Source: an uncultured Gammaproteobacteria bacterium
GTDB taxonomy: Bacteria; Patescibacteriota; Microgenomatia; Levybacterales; GWA1-39-11
Reading direction: 5' to 3'
Assembly (NCBI GenBank): GCA_964409875.1
Contig: CAYPEN010000003.1
Span: 64,557 to 128,556, forward strand
DNA: 64,000 nt
Shown piece after piece: positions 11,247 to 19,946 of the stretch (its first letter is position 1; each line of letters opens with the position of its first letter). The position numbers and the translations under genes are program-made. The notes below the pieces were generated by a model, which was given only the letters and a program-made list of their open reading frames with translations, had not been told where the DNA came from and ran no database searches.

Positions 11247-12523
11247 AAGATTGCTTTTCCAGAAATAAATTTACGAATCTCAAGCATTGCCGAATACGTG
11301 GGAAGGATAGTCAATATTTTTCCTTTCGGAGTTTGGGATAGCGCCTGCTGGTATGCTTTCTCAAATTTTTCAAAAACCTCATGAGTTATATTTGCAAAAA
11401 GCAGGCGGTTTGCCAGGTCGTAGCTTCTCTCTCCTGAAACGTATACTTTTGCGTTTTTGTTTAAAAGCATTTCAAAATCAACATCCCAAATCCAAGAAAT
11501 GTCCCTCCCATCAGGGATGCGGTCGTTGAGCAAAATCAAAATAGTTGAGGAGTTGTTTTCAATTGCGACTTTTAAAGATTCGTTAAGGCCGGTTGGGTTT
11601 TTTGAGAGCAAGACCATGACTTTTCGACCATCAATATCAATGGTTTCCTGTCTGCCGAATGCGGGTTCAAAGCTTGAAAGACTTTTTGTGGAGTCGTATG
11701 GGAGTATGCCGAATAATTTATCGGTCAAAAGAATAATAGAAGACAAATTGTAATTGTTATATGTTCCCAATAAACTCGACTTGAAAGCATATTGTTTTGC
11801 TTTAGGATTTTGAAAATCACAGTTGCTGCATTTGTAATTTCCAAGATGCGAATATGAAATCGCGGAGTAGGAAAGGGGATTATTGCACTCCGGACAAGTC
11901 GTTGAATCGACCGCGTGGGAGAGAATTTTTGACTTTTTTAGGACATTGTCCACCGTAAAAAAGACTTTATTTTTGGCGCTTGCTGCAATATGCGCTATTT
12001 GAGGGTCGTCGGCATTAGCAACAACAAGAGTTTTGTCGGAAAACTTCTTGACTGATTCTTTCCATTTTTCGGCAGTTGTATTCACTTCCCCGTATCGGTC
12101 CAATTGGTCACGGAATAGATTGAGAAGTATAATGGCATGGGGTTCAGGAATTTCCTCTAGTACAAGAGGCAAAGTGTTTTCATCAACCTCAAATATAATT
12201 GCCTTGTGTTTGAGCGTACCTCCAATTGTTACGTGGGCTACCAAAAGGGATGCAAGGCCATTGAGTAAATTTGCCCCCGCCGTATTGGTAAGCGTTGATA
12301 TGCCATTCACCTCAAGAATGTGTGCGAGTGCTTTAGTTGTGGTGGTTTTACCGTTGGTTCCAGCTATAAGAACAACTTTTACTTCCGGATTTTTCAATAG
12401 CACTTTTTTTATGAGTCTTGCATCTGTTTTGAGTGCCAAATGTCCGGGCCATGTAGAACCAGCGCGATTAAAGAGCTTTGAAAGGCGTAATACTCCTTTT
12501 CCAATTGCTAGAGAGTGATACAT
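11243..12523 (-). CDS. murT: lipid II isoglutaminyl synthase Mur-ligase subunit
   Basis: GTNGKTTT, NLFRDQLDRYGE, CxxC..CxxC zinc finger, DGRDISWIWDVDFE (DUF1727). Confidence 0.94.
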   Translation of the reverse strand: MYHSLAIGKGVLRLSKLFNRAGSTWPGHLALKTDARLIKKVLLKNPEVKVVLIAGTNGKTTTTKALAHILEVNGISTLTNTAGANLLNGLASLLVAHVTIGGTLKHKAIIFEVDENTLPLVLEEIPEPHAIILLNLFRDQLDRYGEVNTTAEKWKESVKKFSDKTLVVANADDPQIAHIAASAKNKVFFTVDNVLKKSKILSHAVDSTTCPECNNPLSYSAISYSHLGNYKCSNCDFQNPKAKQYAFKSSLLGTYNNYNLSSIILLTDKLFGILPYDSTKSLSSFEPAFGRQETIDIDGRKVMVLLSKNPTGLNESLKVAIENNSSTILILLNDRIPDGRDISWIWDVDFEMLLNKNAKVYVSGERSYDLANRLLFANITHEVFEKFEKAYQQALSQTPKGKILTILPTYSAMLEIRKFISGKAIL

Positions 12524-12544
12524 TCCCTAATTATACCTTAAAAG

Positions 12545-13459
12545 CTACATCGAACGGAGGATTTTAATGCGTTCTTCAATTGGGGGGTGGGTTGAGAAAA
12601 GCCCAGCCAGAAAAGAAGTTGTCTTTCTTCCCGTATCGGTTTTGAAAGGGTTTTCGATATATAAATGAGCAGTAGCGTTGGATGCGTGCTTGAGGATATT
12701 TCTATCAGATGCTATTTTTTCAAGCGCTCTAGCTAATCCTTCCGGATAGCGCGTAAGCAGAGCGCCATCTGCATCAGCCAAAAACTCCCTGCGACGCGAT
12801 ATTGCAAGCTGTATGAGCGTTGCGGCAATGGGAGCAAGAATTGCAGCAATAAGTCCAATGATAAGAAACAATCCATTTCCGCTACTGCCTTCCCGGTTGC
12901 GATCCCGTCCTCCCAACCCTCCCCACCACAGGCTTCTCATGAAAAAATCTGCCAAAATGACAATGCTTCCGGCCAGGATTGACACAACACCCATAAGCCT
13001 TGTGTCAAAATTTTTGACGTGTGAGAGTTCATGACCGATTACCCCCTCAAGCTCCGACTTTGAAAGTTTTTCAAGTATTCCGGTTGTTGCGCAAACAGCA
13101 GCATGCTTTGGGTCACGGCCGGTCGCAAAAGCGTTAGGGGCGGGATCATTCACGACATATACTTTAGGTTTGGGAAGGCCGGAGGCTATCGAAAGGTTCT
13201 CAACCGATTCGATTAGGTCGCGGTGCTCATGCTCATCAGCTGGACGTGCTCCTGACATAGAAAGAACAATCTTGTCAGAATAATAATAAGAAATCCAATT
13301 CATAATACCCGATATAACTAACATTATTCCTACAAACGACATCCCATACCCCATAGCCTTTCCTAATACATAGGAGACGCCGAGGAAAAAGATCATGAAA
13401 AACAGCATTAAAAACCAAGTTTTTCTTTTGTTAGAGCCTATAGCGTTGTAAATTGTCAT
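12545..13459 (-). CDS. htpX: M48 zinc metalloprotease HtpX
   Basis: PNAFATG, HELSH, SRRREFLAD, THPP. Confidence 0.96.
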   Translation of the reverse strand: MTIYNAIGSNKRKTWFLMLFFMIFFLGVSYVLGKAMGYGMSFVGIMLVISGIMNWISYYYSDKIVLSMSGARPADEHEHRDLIESVENLSIASGLPKPKVYVVNDPAPNAFATGRDPKHAAVCATTGILEKLSKSELEGVIGHELSHVKNFDTRLMGVVSILAGSIVILADFFMRSLWWGGLGGRDRNREGSSGNGLFLIIGLIAAILAPIAATLIQLAISRRREFLADADGALLTRYPEGLARALEKIASDRNILKHASNATAHLYIENPFKTDTGRKTTSFLAGLFSTHPPIEERIKILRSM

Positions 13460-13496
13460 ACGATAAATACAAAAGGGATGAGTCTTTCGACTTTCT

Positions 13497-14051
13497 CTAG
13501 AATGAAACTTTTACAGGAGCTTTTTCGCTTTCTTCAGTCTCGAAGAATTCTTTTTCGGAAAAACCGAATTGTTGGGCGATAAGAGAGGATGGAAACATTT
13601 TTATCTTCGTGTTATAAGAAAGCACATTTGAATTATAAAATTGGCGGGAGTACGAGATTTTGTTCTCTGTATCTGACAGTTCTTCTTGCAATTCCTTAAA
13701 ATTTTCGCTTGCCTGAAGGGTAGGATAGGCTTCGGCTACAGCAAAAAGACTTTTTAAAGCTCCGCTTAACATATCGGACGCTTTCCCTTTTTCTTGAGGG
13801 CCTTCCGCTTTCATCATCGCACTTCTGGCTTTTGTAACATTCTCAAAAACTTCTTTCTCGTGTTTTGCGTATCCTTTCACTGTTTCAACGAGATTAGGAA
13901 TGAGGTCTGTCCTTCTCTTAAGCTGCACATCAATTCCAGAAAGAGCCTCTTTTATGCGTTCGCTCAATGTTACAAGAGAATTATAAGTAAGCCAAATGTA
14001 GGCTACTACAGCAAGAACTATGAAGAGTAGTATTCCAAGTGTAAAATTCAT
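13497..14051 (-). CDS. lemA: LemA family protein
   Basis: [32 protein letters not shown]. Confidence 0.96.
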   Translation of the reverse strand: MNFTLGILLFIVLAVVAYIWLTYNSLVTLSERIKEALSGIDVQLKRRTDLIPNLVETVKGYAKHEKEVFENVTKARSAMMKAEGPQEKGKASDMLSGALKSLFAVAEAYPTLQASENFKELQEELSDTENKISYSRQFYNSNVLSYNTKIKMFPSSLIAQQFGFSEKEFFETEESEKAPVKVSF

Positions 14052-14113
14052 ATTTTAATTATTATCGCACAGGGATTGTAAGAAGTCAATTGAGGCTGGA
14101 GAGAGGGTATCGT

Positions 14114-15907
14114 TTATGACTTCATCCAGGAAAAGAAATCATCGTAAGAAAGGGTGTTCAGGATGTCCTTTTTTTCGCACCACCCTCGTCTTGCAACTGC
14201 AACGCCATAAAACATGTTGTCCATATGCGTTAACGCATGGCTGTCAGTGTCTATTACAAAGCGTATTCCTTGTTCCTTTGCGTCCTTCACCAAAGAGTCT
14301 GGAAGATCCAGCCGCTCGGGCCAGGCATTTATTTCAAGAGCCTTGTTGTTTTCTTTACAAAATGCAAATAATTTTTCCCAATCAAGCTGATAACCGGTGC
14401 GTGAATTGATGAGTCTGCCGGTCGGGTGGGCTAGAATTCTTGCCTTTGGATGAGAAAGACCTTTTATTACACGCTCGGTCATTTTATCAATCGGAGTATT
14501 AAAGGAGCTGTGTATTGAGACAATTGCTCCATCGATAAGGTCAAGGCTACGCTCGTCCAGGGCAAGCTCGCCGGATGCAAGAATATCAACTTCAAGTAAA
14601 TTTATTATACGAACACTTTTTCTGTTCGAAGATTTTTCTTGTACGGTTTTAAGTTGTTCAATTTTTTCCCTCCTTTTTTGGAGAATGTCATAAATCTCAT
14701 TTTTTGAATGGTTCATAATGCTTGGGTTGTGCTCTGAAAAACCGAGGTAAGAGTATCCAAGCACCTCTGCTTTTTTGAGCATATCAGTCATCGAAGCATT
14801 TCCATAATCATGACTTGAATCAATTGGATAATCAGAATGAATATGGAGGTCCCCTTTGATATCGGAAAGTTCGATAAGGTTAGGCAAGGTGCCGTTAAGA
14901 GCCGCTTCTATTTCTCCTTCATTCTCACGGATTTCAGGAGGAATCCAATCCATACCTAAAAAACGGTAGAATTTTTCTTCGGTATCAAATTCCTTGAGCC
15001 TATTGTCCTCACCCGTGATTTTTATTCCACGTTCAGAAAGCGAGAAGCCTTTTTTTATGGCAAATTCTCGAAGAGCTACGTTATGATGTTTGCTTCCCGT
15101 AAAATGCTGAAGTAGAGAGCCAAACTGAGCTGGTGGGAGCACTAGAAGGTCTATATGCTTGCCTCCACCTATGAGGAGAGATGCGGTAGTTGGTCCCTTT
15201 TCAATAACGCGCTCCTTTCCGGGAAATGAGACAAAATGTTCAATAACAGCACTTGGATTTTTAGAGGTTACCGCAAAGTCAACGTCGCCAATTGTCGAGA
15301 CCATTCGTCTTAAACTTCCAAGCGGCATGATCTGTTCAACATCTTTCGATTTCTCCATGTGCTTTATGATTTCCTGGGCAAGCGAGAACGCATAGGGAAG
15401 CACCATTCTTCCAGTTTTTGTTGTTCCTGTTTTGTATTCTGAAATAGCCTGCAATATGTCTTGTTGCGATTTTTCACCAAATCCGTCAAGCTCGGCAATC
15501 CTGCCTTCTTGGGCTATCTTTTCTATTTCCCCAATAACAGTTGTGGGATTGGTAAGCTTGAAATGTGTAACGAGTTTGAATGCCTTTTTGGGTCCGAAGG
15601 ATGGGATATCAAGAAGCGGGAAGACTGCAGGAGAAACATCTTTCATAACTTCTTCATAATGCTTTACGTGTCCTGTCATAAAGAGTTCCGTTAAGCGCTC
15701 CTGCATTGTCGCCCCGATTCCGGAAATTTTATCGAGACTTTGTTGTTTGAAAAGTGTAAAAAGCTCTGTCGAGAGTTTTTCAACGACATCAGCAGCCTTT
15801 TGGTAAGCGATTATTTGAAATTTGTATTTCTTTTCGTTTTGAATTGAATATACGGCAGCAACCTGGCGAAAAAGTTTAGCAATTTCAAGGTTGGTAAAGC
15901 CTTTCAT
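14114..15907 (-). CDS. polX: DNA polymerase X / PHP-domain protein
   Basis: GSLRR..TIGDVD, HFTGSK.HN, PHP DLHIHS..TDSH; start re-called at ATG 15907. Confidence 0.95.
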   Translation of the reverse strand: MKGFTNLEIAKLFRQVAAVYSIQNEKKYKFQIIAYQKAADVVEKLSTELFTLFKQQSLDKISGIGATMQERLTELFMTGHVKHYEEVMKDVSPAVFPLLDIPSFGPKKAFKLVTHFKLTNPTTVIGEIEKIAQEGRIAELDGFGEKSQQDILQAISEYKTGTTKTGRMVLPYAFSLAQEIIKHMEKSKDVEQIMPLGSLRRMVSTIGDVDFAVTSKNPSAVIEHFVSFPGKERVIEKGPTTASLLIGGGKHIDLLVLPPAQFGSLLQHFTGSKHHNVALREFAIKKGFSLSERGIKITGEDNRLKEFDTEEKFYRFLGMDWIPPEIRENEGEIEAALNGTLPNLIELSDIKGDLHIHSDYPIDSSHDYGNASMTDMLKKAEVLGYSYLGFSEHNPSIMNHSKNEIYDILQKRREKIEQLKTVQEKSSNRKSVRIINLLEVDILASGELALDERSLDLIDGAIVSIHSSFNTPIDKMTERVIKGLSHPKARILAHPTGRLINSRTGYQLDWEKLFAFCKENNKALEINAWPERLDLPDSLVKDAKEQGIRFVIDTDSHALTHMDNMFYGVAVARRGWCEKKDILNTLSYDDFFSWMKS

Positions 15908-15955
15908 GCGTTTATAATAGCACAAAAGACACTATTATTTGCTGTTTTGAGGCCA

Positions 15956-15984
15956 TTGACTGACGATGTTCTTGTTGGTAGAAT
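15956..15984 (+). promoter_or_regulatory. promoter of the tRNA-Asp transcript
   Basis: TTGACT-17 bp-TAGAAT, about 115 nt upstream of the tRNA. Confidence 0.7.
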
Positions 15985-16099
15985 AGTTGAACCAAAGATT
16001 GAAGATTTTGGGGTGAAGCCAACTATTGCGCTACGCGCTGGGGTGGCATTCAAAGCTCTGAAAGAGCTTTTCATCCACCCCAAAAAATTTTATTTTTTT

Positions 16100-16173
16100 G
16101 GGGTGGTAGCTCAGTTGATTAGAGCGCTTCCCTGTCACGGAAGAGGTCGCGGGTTTGAGTCCCGTTCACCCCG
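16100..16173 (+). tRNA. tRNA-Asp(GTC)
   Basis: Acceptor GGGGTGG/TCACCCC, anticodon arm CTTCC-CTGTCAC-GGAAG, T arm GCGGG-TTTGAGT-CCCGT; no CCA. Confidence 0.96.
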
Positions 16174-16201
16174 CAAAAAAGCGTTGGGGTAATACAAACC
16201 G

Positions 16202-16273
16202 GTCACGGAAGATGTCGCGTTGTTAGCTTTGCTAACCAGCAAGCTGGAATGAGTCCCGTTCACCCCGCAAAAA
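16202..16273 (+). pseudogene. degenerate tandem copy of tRNA-Asp 3' half with hairpin insertion
   Basis: gtcacggaaga(t)gtcgcg and tgagtcccgttcaccccgcaaaaa match the tRNA; about 30 nt of two hairpins replace ggtt. Confidence 0.85.
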
Positions 16274-16335
16274 GCCTAAGCATTTTTCTGCCCCGAATTC
16301 ATTATCCTGCCACTATATATTTGATAACTATAACT

Positions 16336-16968
16336 ATGCCGAGAAAAATAAAAAACCGTTACGAAAGTATCCTTGATAAAAGATACGATTTTGATATCCA
16401 AAAATTGATGGATAGCTCTAATTCATATAAGAGTCTTATCTACGGAATTGTGACAGTCGTCGTGCTCTTTATTGTGCTTGCGCTTGGTCTTCGTACGATG
16501 TCACAAAATAAAGCGCAAATAGATGACGGTGCTGTCATGACGCAAAAATCCACAGAGACCATGTCTGACAACCGATACGTAGTTACGGAAGGAGAGACAC
16601 TGTGGAGTATTGCCGAAAAATCATACAACGACGGTTTTAAATGGAGGGATATTGCAAAAGCTAACAATATTTCCGATCCTACTACTCTTGAGAAAGGAAC
16701 ACGTCTTGTTATCCCCAAGTTAGCATCAGCGCAAAAATCATCACCTGCGATGATTAATGCAACTCCAACCCCCGTCCAACCGGGACAGCAGGTGGACGCA
16801 AAAATTACCGGAAACTCATACAAAACCGTTCATGGCGACTATCTTTGGGAAATTGCAGTAAGAGCCTATGGGGATGGATACCGTTGGGTTGATATCGCCT
16901 CAGCTAACAACATGACCAATCCTGACCTTATTTTCTCCGGAAAAGAATTAAAGCTCCCCAGACCGTAG
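16336..16968 (+). CDS. membrane-anchored protein with two LysM domains
   Basis: TM helix, then YVVTEGETLWSIA..Y..W..IA.AN and YKTVHGDYLWEIA..Y..W..IA.AN; start uncertain (16336 or 16408). Confidence 0.9.
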   Translation: MPRKIKNRYESILDKRYDFDIQKLMDSSNSYKSLIYGIVTVVVLFIVLALGLRTMSQNKAQIDDGAVMTQKSTETMSDNRYVVTEGETLWSIAEKSYNDGFKWRDIAKANNISDPTTLEKGTRLVIPKLASAQKSSPAMINATPTPVQPGQQVDAKITGNSYKTVHGDYLWEIAVRAYGDGYRWVDIASANNMTNPDLIFSGKELKLPRP

Positions 16969-17008
16969 AGTTTTTCATAAAAATATATTTCCCGTGTGTT
17001 AAAATTGC

Positions 17009-17177
17009 AATTAAGCGGGAGTAGTTCAGTGGTAAGCTGCATTAAATGCATCTTGAAATTGCATCGCAATTTTAAGTAAGCTTGCCACCTCACATTAAAA
17101 ATTAAGCGGGAGTAGTTCAGTGGTAAGAAAAGCTTGCCACCTCACATTAAAAATTAAGCGGGAGTAGTTCAGTGGTA
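17009..17177 (+). repeat. tandem repeats of the tRNA-Gly 5' end
   Basis: aattaagcgggagtagttcagtggta occurs three times (17009, 17100, 17152); an exact 48-bp duplication at 17078-17125 and 17130-17177. Confidence 0.95.
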
Positions 17178-17229
17178 GAATGCTTCCTTCCCAAGGAAGA
17201 GGTCGCCGGTTCAAATCCGGTCTCCCGCT
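17158..17229 (+). tRNA. tRNA-Gly(CCC)
   Basis: GCGGGAG/CTCCCGC acceptor, CTTCC-TTCCCAA-GGAAG anticodon arm, GCCGG-TTCAAAT-CCGGT T arm. Confidence 0.96.
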
Positions 17230-17276
17230 CACATTTTTTATTGAAAATCCGATTAAAATAAGCTACTCTTGAATTT

Positions 17277-17618
17277 GTGAAAAAAGTAATTCTCGAAACC
17301 ATCCTGGGGCTTCTTCTTTTTCTTGGAGGTTTTGGCCTTATTTTTTCTGGTCTTACCGGCGTAATGCAGGGAATTTTTGGGATATTTGGTATGGGCGGCG
17401 GAGTACTTGTTGTTGCCATTGGTGTATTCCTGCTTTATAAAGCAGGAACTAAGGATATACAGAAACCGAATTTTGTGACCTCTATAGTTCCTGAAAATGG
17501 TGAAAAAAAGAGTATTCTTGAAAAAAACCAGGAGTTAGTTGATGATTACAACAAGACCATGAGGGCCCGCGACAAATTGAAAATTTTAAAAATGTCTGCT
17601 GCCGCTGACGAAAAATAA
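17277..17618 (+). CDS. hypothetical two-TM membrane protein
   Basis: Gly-rich hydrophobic N-half and charged tail; TACTCT -10 7 nt before GTG. Confidence 0.7.
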   Translation: MKKVILETILGLLLFLGGFGLIFSGLTGVMQGIFGIFGMGGGVLVVAIGVFLLYKAGTKDIQKPNFVTSIVPENGEKKSILEKNQELVDDYNKTMRARDKLKILKMSAAADEK

Positions 17619-17703
17619 CGTCAAAAAAAAGACGTTTTGATGTGCTAATTTTCAGGAAGAAATTCCCCGTTGACACGTTTTTGCCTATTTGATAATATAA
17701 ATC

Positions 17704-19368
17704 GTGCCGCGCAAGAATTTAAACACTAAATATATTTTCGTGTCCGGAGGAGTAATTTCCGGAATAGGAAAGGGACTCACAGCATCCTCCATATCATTTC
17801 TTCTCAAAAAAGCCGGTTATAAAGTAGCCCCTATTAAATTTGAAAACTATCTCAATTTGGATGCAGGAACGATAAATCCTATTGAGCATGGTGACCCGTT
17901 TCTGTGTGAAGACGGGACTGAGGCGGATATGGATATCGGGTCTTATGAAAAGTTCCTCGATGAAGACATGGGAAAAGCTAACTTTGTCACAATGGGGAGG
18001 ATTTACCAGACGGTTATTGACAGGGAGAGAAGGTTTGAATATAACGGCGAAGATGTAGAAGCAATACCGCACATTACGGACGAAATTACCGCAAGGATAA
18101 AAAATGTAGCTAAAGTTCACGATGCCGATATCGTAGTTATTGAGCTCGGAGGAACTGCAGGGGAGTACCAGAATATATTTTATTACGAGGCTTCCCGCAT
18201 CATGACTCTTAAAAATCCGGGAGACGTTATCCATATTCATGTCAGCTATGTTCCAACCCCCAGCCATTTAGGGGAGCCTAAAACAAAACCCACACAGCTT
18301 TCAGTAAGAACTCTTAATTCGATGGGGATTCAGCCTGATTTTATCATCGCCCGTTCTGCACGGTATCTTGACCAGCGGAGAAAAGATAGGTTTGCGCTTT
18401 TCTGCAATATGCATCCGGAGGACATTATTTCAAATCCCGATGTTGAAACGGTGTATGAGATTCCCCTCGTTCTTCACAGCCAAGGACTTGAAAAGCGTAT
18501 TTTCCTAAAACTGGGGCTTCCCGATAAAAAGCCCGATTTAACTTCATGGGAGAAAATGGTTGAAAAGATAAAATCTAAAAAGAAAAAAACTGTCGAAATT
18601 GCAATTGTCGGTAAATATTTCGGAACTGGAGAATATCAATTAAGGGATTCATATGCGGCTCTGCTTGACGCCATAGAACATGCTTCGTGGAGTGCTGAAG
18701 TTGAAGTAGTGACCCGTTGGGTAAATGCCGAAAAAGTTGAGAAAGAAGGGGCGGAGTCAGCAATTGGTAAGCCGGATGGAATAATTGTTCCTATTGGTTG
18801 GGGGGAAAGAGGGTCAGAGGGAATGATACAAGCGGTTGAATACTCATTAGACAGAAAAATTCCCTATCTTGGGCTTTGTTACGGAATGCAACTTGCCGTT
18901 GTTGGTTTTGCCCGACACATAATGGGATGGAAAGATGCTAACACGACTGAGAATGTGACAAATACAAAACACCCGGTGATACATATGATAGAGAATCAGA
19001 AGGAACTTATGGCAAGACGTGCGTATGGAGGTACAATGAGGCTTGGGGCGTGGGATGCGCAGGTAAAAAAAGGGACAAGGGCATACGAAATCTATAAGAA
19101 AGCTGGGCTTTTCATCAAAGGAAAAGATGGTTTAACTTCTGAAAGACACCGACATAGATATGAATTCAATAATGAGTTTGCGAATGATTTTGAAAAAGCC
19201 GGGCTTGTCATTTCCGCTCGCTCAGTGGTTGAGAATCTCGTTGAAATTATAGAGCTTCCAAAAGAGGCGCATCCATTTTTTGTAGGCACACAAGGCCATC
19301 CCGAATATAAAAGCAGACCCACACATCCGCATCCACTATTTGTAGAATTCCTCAAGGCTGCTGCTTAG
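17704..19368 (+). CDS. pyrG: CTP synthase
   Basis: KYIFVSGGVISGIGKG, KTKPTQ.SV, GLCYGMQ, ERHRHRYEFN, HPE; TTGACA promoter upstream. Confidence 0.99.
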   Translation: MPRKNLNTKYIFVSGGVISGIGKGLTASSISFLLKKAGYKVAPIKFENYLNLDAGTINPIEHGDPFLCEDGTEADMDIGSYEKFLDEDMGKANFVTMGRIYQTVIDRERRFEYNGEDVEAIPHITDEITARIKNVAKVHDADIVVIELGGTAGEYQNIFYYEASRIMTLKNPGDVIHIHVSYVPTPSHLGEPKTKPTQLSVRTLNSMGIQPDFIIARSARYLDQRRKDRFALFCNMHPEDIISNPDVETVYEIPLVLHSQGLEKRIFLKLGLPDKKPDLTSWEKMVEKIKSKKKKTVEIAIVGKYFGTGEYQLRDSYAALLDAIEHASWSAEVEVVTRWVNAEKVEKEGAESAIGKPDGIIVPIGWGERGSEGMIQAVEYSLDRKIPYLGLCYGMQLAVVGFARHIMGWKDANTTENVTNTKHPVIHMIENQKELMARRAYGGTMRLGAWDAQVKKGTRAYEIYKKAGLFIKGKDGLTSERHRHRYEFNNEFANDFEKAGLVISARSVVENLVEIIELPKEAHPFFVGTQGHPEYKSRPTHPHPLFVEFLKAAA

Positions 19369-19531
19369 TTTTTCTTAGAAAGATAAGTTCTTTTTAACTT
19401 ATTGATAATTGGCCTTGTTTTGACGTATTTAATCATTTTGCTCGAGCTTGCAATTATGATTATCCGATTATGAACTCAAAAAAACATTTTTATGATTGCA
19501 TAAATTGAGTATTTTGAGTATAATAAGCTTC

Positions 19532-19846
19532 ATGGAAAATTCAGAAGCACAAGAATTAGACCTTCGGGCGGGTATGGCTGTTAAGGTCTTTCAAAAATTT
19601 GTTGAAGGAAAAAAAGAAAGAATTGTCGCTTTTCAAGGTAAAATCGTGAAATCGCGGGGAGCAGGTCCTGATAAAATGGTGACGGTTAGGCAATTTATAG
19701 ACGGGGTAGACGTGGATAGAATTTTCCCTCTCAATGCCCCAGGAATTGTGAAGTTGGAAAATATCGAAATAAAAAAGAAGAAATCACGCAAAAAAACTAC
19801 GAAAAAAGTTACCAAACTCTCCAAAAAAACCCTCGGAAAAAAATAA
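19532..19846 (+). CDS. rplS: 50S ribosomal protein L19
   Basis: LRAGMAVKV...EGKKERI..FQG..., TVR....GV.VDRIFPL; Lys-rich tail; ATG 7 nt after TATAAT. Confidence 0.9.
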   Translation: MENSEAQELDLRAGMAVKVFQKFVEGKKERIVAFQGKIVKSRGAGPDKMVTVRQFIDGVDVDRIFPLNAPGIVKLENIEIKKKKSRKKTTKKVTKLSKKTLGKK

Positions 19847-19946
19847 GCCTTTCTCTCGCATTTTATGCGGATGTTTTGTTCCAAAAAATCCTAAATTAAG
19901 GACGAAAGTCTTGGCACCGTCCCCATTCGGTCCGTTACACTAAAAT

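Noticed and set aside
15947-16192. 81-aa ORF in the track
   Set aside because: It overlaps the tRNA-Asp gene and its promoter; it is a translation of RNA sequence.
17009-17177. CRISPR array call for the Gly (and Lys-CTT) repeats
   Set aside because: The repeats are tRNA sequence, there are only 2-3 units, spacers are partly identical or palindromic, and no cas genes are in the window.
19850-19946. Hairpins including aggac-gaaa-gtctt; possible ribozyme or ncRNA
   Set aside because: No hammerhead CUGANGA core was seen; more simply these are terminator-type hairpins between convergent genes.
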